Assembly: GCA_977030845.1 (NCBI GenBank)
Contig: OZ365115.1
Span: 5,952,001-6,016,000 of the forward strand
Reading direction: 5' to 3'
DNA length: 64,000 nt
From: Fimbriosthenelais zetlandica
Lineage: Eukaryota
Shown here: positions 28,301-40,300 of the stretch, in pieces
Position numbering within the stretch: position 1 is the first letter of the stretch
Layout: every line of letters starts with the position of its first letter
Program-made: the position numbers and the translations under genes
Notes under the pieces: model-generated
Database searches by the model: none
Told to the model about the DNA's origin: nothing
The model's input: only the letters and a program-made list of their open reading frames with translations

Positions 28301-31300
28301 GACTATAAGAGTTCAGCCCCAGGGGGACTGCTAGTGCCCCACCATGCAGACCCATGTTGGTGATCTAGGTTTAGGCCATAGTTGGGCTAATCCTGCATGA
28401 CCTGTGATGTGATTTGGCAGGTGATTTGGGGCTAACCAAAGTGATGATTAAGTCGGTGGTGGGGAGGCCTTATGGACCTGTAATGGTGGTCGTGCTCGTG
28501 TGGGACATGGGGGAGCACGGGGAGCATATAGGCTTACTGACAATAAACGTTATGGTCAGAACCAGATGGCAATGACCAAGATGGTATATACTTGTTGGTG
28601 AAGGTCCGACAATGAGTGGAGTCACGTCCTATCTGAACCAGCAATGTCTAATGAGATTTTTATTTTTAACGTTTGTTGTTAAGCAGGCTACATGTGTCTG
28701 GCTTACACAGGAAGTCTCACCCTACTTGTGGTCATTATAAATGAGAAGGCTGTCAGGATATTGTGTTATTATTCAGCTATTATGTATGCACTGATTTAAT
28801 CATCTCAACCAAGGAACATTAACATCCACCCTGAAGGCTTACTATTGTAGTTCCATTCGTAGTTTTGCGGCCATTACCCATTATCTTCTATCAATGAGTC
28901 AGTTTGTCAGCATACATTTTTCCTGGCTTATGTCCGTTGAACATGTCAATTATAGGCAGTTTTCTTGATGGTCACATCAATTGCCCATAGAAAATTGATA
29001 GCCGGGGTGACACATTGAACTGACAGTAGCATAACTAACCAATTTTCAATACCTGTAAATCATTTAATGTATCTTACAAAAAGTTTCATGTCTTTATCTT
29101 AAAGGCAGACCTATGATGATTATTTCTTGAATTCCTCTTGGTTTACTTTCAACATTGTTGGAGAAACTTTGTTACATATGAGCAGTTGGCGTATGTGTAA
29201 TACTGTACACGGTAAATGCCAACCCAAAGGTAGCGTGCTTCACCCTGCATAGTTAGCTGAAATCTGCCCCTCAAATGCCACTCACAATGGTGGCAGGAGT
29301 AGACAGTGAACTAAAAGTAGGAGAATTCTATGTAAAATATTGATTAGAAGGTTGCAGTTAGGAAGGACAGAGAAGGTCTGCACTTAGTAGATGAGAGACG
29401 GGTATTGTCTTTGGCGGGCAGAACCCAGACTGGCGCCACACAAGAGAGTCTGTAATGCTGAGATACCCACAGTTGTAATGATCTGTGAAGAATAAAAATT
29501 CCTCCTACATCTTATAGACTCGGTGGGTGACACTCTACAGACACTGGCTACAGGTGTGCTCAGTATAAGGCCTTTCCACACAACCAAGTGTTCACAGCTG
29601 ATTCTAATTCAAGTTCAGAACCTATACAGAACATCCGACAGCATAACTTAACACCGCTAGAAGTCACAGCTAGAATTCACACTTTATACGTCACACAGTC
29701 ATTAATATTTGAGTGCTTATAGGTTTGTGGGTTTCAAATGGGTTCCTACTTTGAGAAATTCCTTTTCTCTGTGTTACGGAATAGAAGCTCATTTCGATAA
29801 CTTGAAAGCAGATCTATACCCTTTTACAAGCTGCATAAATCTAAAGACATCATGTCTGTCTTCTTCGAGAAATCAAAAAAAAGAATTTGAATCGAGAATG
29901 AAATCAATAGAATCAGCCCTTGTCTTGGAATCCAATGAAGAAATAATGAAAACAGTTTATTATACCACATACCATTATTAAGGACTTTAGGGACGTCCTT
30001 TCTTCTGGGTCACCTATATATTCAAAAAGCTTCGTGACAAGACTTTCCATTGAAACACCTATGCATAAGCTGAATGGCAGGCAACTCATCCTGCCATTAG
30101 AAAGTAAATAGGAAAATATCGATCCATCTTTAAAGTGCAAAAATATTCGGCAGTAAACGGGACTGACTAAAAGCATTGCCTATCAAGCTGTGAACTTGAA
30201 AACACTGCAACTCTATGAGTTTCACACAATGGCCATTCATTGCCTACTCCCTTGTATGTCTCTGAAGTGCTTTAACGATGCAATAAAAAGTAACTTGATA
30301 GCTTCTACCTAGGGACTTTAGGAAATGCACCTGTTGGTTTACCTGCTTGCTAGTGAAATGGTTCCAGCAAGTATCAATAAAGTTCTACATTATTGTTTGG
30401 TAGTTGCCAAAATGATATATTTCATATATTTATCTATATTCATAGGCCTATATATGATATAAAGTGGCGGTGTGTACCAGTCTTATTTTTCACACAATGT
30501 TTTGCATTTGAAAGCTTCTGGATAATTGGGTGACCGTTTCAATATCCTTTCTTTGAATCAGTGGCAAGTCTACCAAAAATATATTTAGCAGGTTGAAGAA
30601 AACTGCCCAAAATCCAAATTGTACAAATGAAATTTTCTAGATCTGCACCCACGCATCACTCACACAATCCCCTGATGCCTTATGTTACGGTTTCCAGGGA
30701 ATCTTTCCATTTCATATCCTGGCCTAATGCATCATGTGGCTTCTGCAAGGCTCCAAATATGACACAAATGACATAGTGGAGTATATCAACATCCAGATGA
30801 ATCAATAATAAATCTACTTCAATATCCGTCCTGTATGATGTTAGCCTACGCACACCACCTTAGTTATAGACGATAAGGAATTAAATGTAACATCCAGGGA
30901 ATTCACAGATGTATTGGCAGTGTATTTCCTGACGTATAAACCAATTCTTGCTTACTTCTTGAACTTAATACTATGGTCCTCGAAATAATCATAGTGAATG
31001 TCATCAATTATGATGTGTGGTAGAAGTATTACAAATTAACTTGACCCAAAGAAGTAACAGTGCCAGTTTGTCACTTTCTGGCCCACCAGTGACATAGTCT
31101 GGGATATTTAGACGGACTATGTTGGAGGGCCCTGCTCACTATGGCGCCAATTTACCGTCCAATTACCACTCAATTCTCCAATCTCGAGCTGTGTTCAACC
31201 ATTTAGTGTTACATGACAGTGGCAGGTGTGGTAAGATTGCAGGGAATGGTCTTGCATAACATAATATGCACCAAGGCTGATATTTCAGGAGGCCTCCAGG

Positions 31301-34300
31301 GGACAGAGCTTGTAAGATTGAGATACTGTGGCTCATGATGATGGGTCATCCATCTAAACTGACACCTTATCATATACAGCTAGCACTGTCCGCTGACTGA
31401 GTTCACTTATTAGCATCTTTACCTAATGTGTATATTTTGACTTTCATCTCAGAAACTGGTCTAGTCTTGATATGAATCTTCCTAATCAGGCAGGGTTGGT
31501 AATCACTGAGAACATTATATAATGACCTTCAGCTAATGAGACATTTCATTGACATTCCTTGCAGTCATCCTGTGTCATCTTAGATAACTTTACTTCAGTC
31601 CGGAAATCAAGCATTTTAGATTCAATACTTGAACCGGAAGTGAGTGGATACTAACCTGAAAGGTTGATTAACACCCATCGAGATGGGTGTAACATCTAAG
31701 AGACGTGAGTCAATCTAATAAACTCACTTCCTGCACCCGGTGACGCCCTGGTTTACCGCTGAAGTTGTCAGAGTTAGGAGTTGACATCAAAACCCCCCAG
31801 TGGAGACAACATAATTGACTCTCATATTTAGAAGTGAAGCCCAGTAAATGAAGCACCAAGGGAACAATAAACCGACCGATATTTAGAGCTATACGTCAAT
31901 GGTGACACTCCCACCATAGGGACAATTTATTGGTGCTGATATATTTATGGTCCTTTGTCATGAACTCTATACATTTCATCATCATGCACCATTTTTATTT
32001 GTCAACAATATGGTAATGTTTAGAAACCATTGGGATCTAATGGCTTTTTCACGTTTCATAGATTGGTATTGATCTCACTTAATTCAAATTTGAAATATGG
32101 GGAAAAGGCCCCGGGCAAATTAATTCATCGCCAAAGAACCAAATTTTGGTGATCATCGGTGAAAATCGACCGTGATATTGAAGTCACAGTGATGATGACA
32201 AACTGTGACACCTAATATTATCAATAACCCCAAGGTTATTTACTGGGTGATACAATATCACATCCCAGGCACCCTTATGGAATCTGCCCCTAGCCTTGAT
32301 CCATCGAGGTCATGCTTACTAGGCTAGGTGTCAGTTAATAGTGTTATTCATTGACTGAATATTGGTGATGTGGACCGGACCATAAGGTGATCCTGGTCTG
32401 CAAGAAACTGGGCAATGGTTCAAAATGACTGTAGCGAGTCAACAGGTAACGTTCAGTAAAAGACCTGTTGAAAGGCATTTCTAGACGGTTCAATGTTATT
32501 CCAAAATGAGAAAAGGATCGGCAGTCCCATCCAAATAACTTGGATATTAAATGCCTAACTGCAGGGTCCATACAGCAAATTGATATAGGCCTACTCATCA
32601 GTCGACTGAACCTGATTGATATTAAAGGGATGGGCATATATGGCACAGCTGACTTCTGGAATTCAATTGAATAAACTATAAAAAGGTAGAATTGCATGGC
32701 CAGATTACAAAATGTTATTTTATGGTGTTTAAATGTATTTAATCCGACGATTTTCCATTTATTTCAACTTTGAAACGAGGTCATTTGCCGGAGGATGTGG
32801 TAGTTTCTTCTCTTCTTAGTTGTAATGAATTCTTGCAAAAGCTGGGACACTAGGTTGGCCAAACTGAATTATTGCTTGGAGGCAAAGATTGATGATGTAA
32901 AATTAATTCGAAAAGGTTTTTCCACAGATTCAAGAGCCTTTGTCCAGGCAATAAGTCAAGTCAAGTGAAAGACTTCAAGTTCCAAACAAAACAAGTGATT
33001 TTAAAGTGAGGTCATTTTATTGTCTTTTAAAGATCAGACCTTGCTGTACTCTTGGGGAAACATTATTGCGATTTATATACATTATGGACATGTCTTGAAC
33101 CAGGCAGTCATGAATGTATAGGGTCTCGGAATATATCAGTTTTCTCTTTGGGCTAACTACTGCCATGCCTACCCAGGAAGCCTTGGGTATACATACATAA
33201 CTCTTTATCCCATCTTGAACATTTCATCTTCTTTGAAATGGTGCTTAATGGACAATGAATAAATTTGATTGCTACTGAGGGAAACCATTTTGAAAGATCT
33301 TTCAATGGTAAAGTTTCTTATAGGGTTGTTATGGGCTGGTCATATTGATTGATAGTAGACCTTGCCTCGGCAACATGGCCAGAATGAAGGAACCCGAGCC
33401 CTTCATCCACCCTTGATGGCCCCCACCTGGTCTCAGAAGGTCGTTCATTGACCTTTACTTTACATCAGACAAGAAAATATCAACAATGCCATTAGAACAT
33501 TATGTTCACCACACAAAGGACCAGATGGCCAACTGGCGGCAGTCCAACAAAGACCCGGTGAAGGTCTCTATAGGAAGATATATGGTCTTCTTTCCCATTT
33601 AACCAATTAGGTACCCATCTCCCGTCAATGATGCATAGTTATATGTGCTGGAACCAAAGGAATCGACTTGTATAACGCATTGTAGGCAAAGGAATAATTC
33701 TATCTAATTCCATGGAAGCCTTCAAATGCAAGAAACATGGATTGCTTTCTTACATCTTTATATCGGTGCAAATGTTGACAAAACGGAGCATTGAGCAATC
33801 ATATTCTTTAAATTACAAGTACCTCTGTAATCTCAAATGTTGTTACTGGGCACCCAACAAGAGAGGGGGAATCAGGGCTTGATGCCTACCTCAATGCCTG
33901 TCATGCTTTGTTCATCTACATCATCCATATCCTTTACTTTGCCAATCTCCAATCATGACATTCTCAAGCGTATTCAATGAAAGAAATCAAATATCATCAA
34001 GGAAGCGGGGCCCATCTCCCGATTGCCATATGCAGCAGCCTCTCTCACTTCCACATCTTCCTTTGTTAACCAGCCATGTGATCCATTAGCAATTGTCCTT
34101 TCCATGTACAGACAAAAATTGAGGACAGTGTTTTAATTCTACTCATATGGATATGATAGGCCTACAGAATGAATTCTTATAGTCTTCTTGTTCTTGGAAG
34201 GGCAGAAGGCATTAAAGATTTCGTATAAGCTAGAACTGCAGGTATTGATACGTATTGCTACATTGTATACTGGGTATTAAGAACAAATTTGCTTAACCAT

Positions 34301-37300
34301 TGTTACAGTATACAACGATGGAATGAAAACAAAAAAGAAGTAGGTCACAGGTCCCTTTCAAATGTCAATGAAAGTAGGATGCAATAGAAATAAGACAAAT
34401 AACTTCAAACTAAACGCATTATATTAATAACTTTGTATTATTGTATTTTGTCCGAAGACATTAATGTTAAAAGAGCAAGGACTATCATCCCTCAGTTTAT
34501 ATTTATTTCTGAAATGAAATGTATAAGGATTTCATTAGAAACTTTTGTTCACAAAGTCCACAAATGCCCAATTCCATTCAGATCTCGCTCCATCTTTGAC
34601 TACCAAACGAACCTACATTAAATCTCTTTTATCCTTTCTGCAATTGTACTCCTAAATGGTCTCTCGGTTAAAATCTCAAACCAAATTCTGATGAGATCAC
34701 TAATTCAGGGGATTAATGAAATTAAAATAACTTCAAATGCCTTTAAAACATTTCTAATTCTCCATACTTGTGATTTTTCGGGAGGAAAGAAGCAGTTCCT
34801 TCCAATCATTAGACTGTAATTATTAGCACTAGTGGTGGCTGGCTTGTTTTGCTTGGTGAATTTAGTAGGTGGCTTTAATTATGCTTGATCACGGTGGAGG
34901 CAAACTATTAGAACAAGTTTATGGTTCATGCTGCACAAGTGGGGTCTTTTTAGTGTAGGTTTCGTCCTTTGCATTTCCACGCAGGACATCCTGATAGGCA
35001 TAGGTTGTAGGCTATGAGACGAAGCAACCATATTGTGATGTACATACGAGAAAGTTGCCCTAAATTGGTCCAAAGACCTAGGCCTATACCATTTTGTAGT
35101 AGGACTGCCTGTGTTATGATACAGGGCACAAAATCAAAGTATAAAAAGACAAAATTGAACTTCATTATTGTCATTCAGATGAATAAATGATGGATACTGA
35201 TGAAGATATCTTTAATGAAAAGTGGTTTTTAATGTTGGTAGATCTATTGCTATCCCTCATCCTAATTTTCAAGATGTGTGTCCCATCTTGCAGCAACCGT
35301 AACAGGTCATAAATTAATACTAATTTTCTAATAGGAACTGGCAACTGACTGTAGCTATTTACAGCACCATAGAATGATTGATATCTGAACACGAATATTA
35401 TTAAATATGATAATCAATAATGTATAATTTAAGAGAGGTGTGACAACTGGATGAAAAATCAAGGATGGCGGAGGCGAGCGTTTAAGCCTATTCGAGGCAG
35501 GGCGCGAGGGGAATCCCCGTGATAGATTTCAGTATGATATATAAGAAGTTTTCTCGTTCCACAGGGTTGGGTGCCAGGTTTCCTATAGTCATTATATTGA
35601 TGTTACATTCTGATGTGAGCTTTATAAATGTGCTCATGTCTTGGGAACAGCCCAGCCTCCTTTTGCCCCCTGTGATATCAATACAGCCAATCACATTACA
35701 GGCCCCACCCTGCCACCTCATGTTTCACGTGACAACAGTTGCTCGGATTAAACGGAGAAGTGAGACGCGCTTTCCTGACTGAGTGAGAACGAGGCGGTGC
35801 CCATAGCACTGTACTGTATAGCTTTGCCAATCCGTCACACATGCCCCATACTCCGCCTTGTGCACGTGGTCTTATTAAATACTTGCATCTCAAGGTCGCT
35901 GCACCAGCAACCATTGTCGCCGAGACACGTGTAATGTACATTCTATACTTGCCAGCAACACCCGGCATTTCCACTACACAACGACAACAACAAACTGCAT
36001 CTCTCCTTCCGCTTTAAGATGGGTGGAAGTAATGGGAAGACATGGCTGTAAACTACAGGCTTCTTTACAGAGCGATCCACCTCCCCAAACAATGCTTCCG
36101 GGTTGCCATGATGGTGGTGCATTTGCTCATTGCTTCTCACATTGTTTGTCCTCGAGTGTTTCTTGCTTCTTATACAGGTATAGATTTTCTATGGTGAAAA
36201 ATGTACCCAATAACATGGGTTTGTCAAGAAAACCATTTGTTAATGGCAACAGGCCTAATAAATGACTCGCAGATCTCCATGTTCCATTTATATTGAGAAA
36301 GGCCTATAGATGTACCCAGATCTTATCAATAGATGCAAAAGAATGCAATTTCCCATGCCTTTACGCAAATAAAGAGAATGGGAAGATCTTAGTGTTGTGA
36401 TCCAATGACCCATGACCTCTCTGCGCCTCACTGATCCTTGACATAGAATAAAATCAATTGATTTTGACTTTGGACCATGTATTAATTTAGAGCAGGCAGG
36501 AACGAGGAACATGGTCGATAACGGTAGATCGTAGATAGGTGGCTGCAAATTGTACAGGACACTGCTGTAAAGTAACATCTCAAGGGTACAGTGTGTAGGA
36601 GACAGCCTTATTTGAGGAATACATTGAGATGCTCCTCTTAGCTGAAGAGCTGCAGGATTGTGAATGAAGCACACCTGGTCCCTCATGTTGTTCACCACCT
36701 TTATCAGATTAGACCATGAGACCCAAATGACCTTCATCCACGGAGAAAAAAGACCAAATAGTGGCATTCACTGTACATCAACTTAGATACCACATTTTGG
36801 CTTCGGTTTAAGAAAGATATATGTATACATGTGTCCTATATGCATTAGTTCATTGTAGGCCTACCACTGAGGATAATGAGAGCTGGAGATAAGACCACCT
36901 GGAGCTTTGTTATTTACTCCAGAAAGTTGCTGGGTAAATGTCCGTGAAAAGAAGCTAAACGTTTGTATGTGAAGCAGTAATTTTAAGGGCTACTTGCTAA
37001 TGATATGGGAGCATGTTTGTAGCAGGTGACAATGTGAGGCCCCATACCCCACCTTCCCTCTCATCTGCCCCTTTCAGATCATGCTCATATCGATCCATCT
37101 CTAATGATCTGAACCTGATAGGAGCCCAATTAGAGAAACAAGCCAATGAGTTTATCTCTGCTCGGACCTCAGGCCTTGAGGCAGTGTCTAACAAGTGACA
37201 AGCAGTTGGTGGTTAGGGACTGTAGTCAACCGGATGTAATTCTGATCCAATAAGAGGGTGAACTATATATGTGGAAAAAGTCTACTGTTGCATGTAGGTC

Positions 37301-40300
37301 ATAAAATACAATAACTGGATATCGGTGGGGAACTATAAAATGTGATTCACTTTTCTTCTGTCAAGGATATATACCGGTAATAATACACATAATACAATGC
37401 CATTTTTTCTGTCGAATGTGATTAAAGTATCTCATGAGAATATTCAGATATTCATCCTTCATCAGTTGCGTTTCTTTGACATGACTTGCTCTAAAGTTTC
37501 AAAAGTTTCCAAGCAGAAATCGGCCAAAAACTTTAAGCTGTCCCATTGTCACTGTACCTATACAATACCCACCGCACCCCTCATATTAATGTACACATTC
37601 CTAGGGCTTACCATACCACTCTGATATAAGCAACGCCATCTATACTGTATATAAGTCGGTTAGTCAATTACAGTGTCCATATCCCTATAACATTCCCAGT
37701 CCCTATATGTAAAGGGCCTTGTGAACTATTTAAGTCTCCAAAGTATAGGCCTATATAATATTATAGAAGGAGTCCCAAATTATGGGACTGCATGTAGGCC
37801 TATACAGTTAATGTGATAGAATATTCTCTGGGCAAACGATGTTGCTTTTATTGACTACCGGTAGGCTTCTGATTTTGATCACTTTATGCCAGATTGTTAT
37901 GATTATTCAGGGGATACGAAAATATTCAACACTCGTATCATGAACATTCGGCAGGACAGAACAACTTTGTTTTAGCTTGCAGATGGAACCCCTATTTGAT
38001 TTTAAACAAATTATCTCTGAAGTAATGTAAAATATAGGCCTTAAGTGTGAAGGCGCTGAAGAGAAAGATCATGAAATTCAATGAGAAAATTGGTCTGGCC
38101 ATGAATAAATGGCGAATAGATGATAGCAGTCACTGTGGATCCATGAACCACTGGCTGGACAAGTAGGGGAGACGATAAAGGGGCAGACGAGCAAGGATTC
38201 TCTCTACACATATCAGTATGCATCAATAGTAATTATTCTCTAAGTGATAAATGGAAACCACAGGGTTCTTGATGTTTTGATAAGTGCTCTTTCATAGCTG
38301 TGACGAGGAATGCAGGTGTAATCTCAATGTTGGGATATTCAGTGAGCAGTGCTGAGTGGTAATCATGGACAAGTGGCAATAGAAGGACCGTACAGTTTTT
38401 ATCCAAGCCTGAAATGGTTGTGAATGTTTGTTCACCAGTAAAAGTGACTCCATGTAGCCTAGGTAGGCCTACCATGTCCCAAACTTTCCCCAACAAAGCA
38501 AACGAGACACATAGCCTAACGTTAGTCAAAATATTTTGAAAATACCGTGCCGTAATTTAGGCCATATTTGTTCTGCCATTTGAATATTTATCAGAGTCAC
38601 AGATGACCTGATTTCACTGCTTCATGTGTTTGTTTCATTTGGCGGGAAAGTGGCACTGAATTGTCACTTTCCAACGGCCTCTCCCCGACTGCCACTTGAC
38701 ACGACGTCGCGTTGTTAACGACGACGACGTGTATCCAGGATACGTCCCAGACAGCCATTTCTTCACACGCAGCCAGGGATCTCTCTACTCCGCCATTTCC
38801 GCCCTTGGCTTATAGGCCTAGATTTAATAGATTTCTAAATTAAGGTCCTCTGCCAGTCTGATGAACGATTAGGCCTATAGACTATAGCAGCAAACTTATG
38901 CAAAGGTTACCAATGTGCATGTTCTTTCTGACCCTAGCATGGCAGACCTGTTGACTGAGACGTCATGCAGTCTGAATGGTCAGTCTATAACCGACAGCTA
39001 AGGAAACACTTGATGACCGTGACCTTTCTTTTGGCATTTTCAAATATTACTGTGGAGAGTCTGAGGAGAATATTTCAGAAAGAGAAAATTGTGACTACAT
39101 GTAAAAGTGTCGTCTATTCCTCGGTTTGTCACAGATTAAAGTTCAAAGAAGGGTCCTATAGTAGACCTATAGTAGACCTATCAGGCTCAGCAGCCCGTCT
39201 CAACAAATTGCAGATAGTCAGATAGACTGGGATTATTTAAAAGAGCATCCATATTGTTTTATGATATTATTCTAGTATGCCAGACATTTAAAGCCCACCT
39301 AATTATCTGACTCTCTCACATTCGTCACATTGAATATCTCTACCAACATTTTCCAATTTTGTAGGCCTATTGAACATTAAAAGGTCATATGATCAACACA
39401 ATTAATGAAAAGTGGTCACCTACTCAATGATCCATTTATTGATTAATGAGCACGTTTGATCACTCCCTTCATAATGAGCAGAGGCTTCAACTGTCTGGAT
39501 CCTCTTAAAGAAGCCTTTTCAAGGACTGAGAGGATTTGAATAACTTGGAGTAGCCTATTACTGCAGAGTGCTACTTTCTAACCATTCAAAATCACGAGTC
39601 CTCGATGCCGGACAACTTGATACATTAATTTGACGCTTCGTCCAATAATCGGTTTACTTTTTCAAATTGAAATTGCTATTCATTTTCACAGTGTGCTCAG
39701 GTCGCCGACCCCACCTCTTCTTCCATTCTCATGTATAGTGTTTGGTACCAATGTTAAGTGGCCAAATGCAGTTGCCCAATAGGGCCTACATGGCAATGTT
39801 AAGAACCTTCCATTTAGCAGTTTACTGTCTCTGTTCCACCAATCGATCGGCGGGTAGGACCGGAAGGGATTCTCGGTGGGCGGGCACTTTGGGTTTATTG
39901 ATCCGTCAACAAGGCCATGTTACAATAGGAGATAAAAGGGGCGATAAAGGGGCAATGTTGACACTGACGAGAAACAATTTAGGAATGAGCTTACTCGGGT
40001 AGTCAGGGAAATGGTAAACCTCTAGAGGATTACATTTTATGAGTAATGTAAACGGTTTACCGTTAGGTATATTGGCACATGAAATAGGACATTGATAGTA
40101 TAATTAAATTCTTGATAATATATTTGTTGCCCACAGTGACTGTTGTATAATGCTGATATGTCCGCCAAAAGGTTCTTGCATAAAAATATATATGAGTGGA
40201 AATTAACTAAATCTTGACCATTTTATTCCAATTAGTGAGGCTTTGAGAAAAAAAAGTGAATGAATAATGAGATTTTACCGTATCTAGGATATGGTAGAGT

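Noticed and set aside
32340-34100. Protein-like minus-strand text suggesting an endogenous RNA-virus polymerase
   Set aside because: Stop density in the frame I translated was near the random expectation, and no RdRp motif (e.g. GDN) was found.
36288-36767. 159-aa minus-strand ORF in intron 2
   Set aside because: No recognisable motif or usable splice boundaries; likely a chance ORF.
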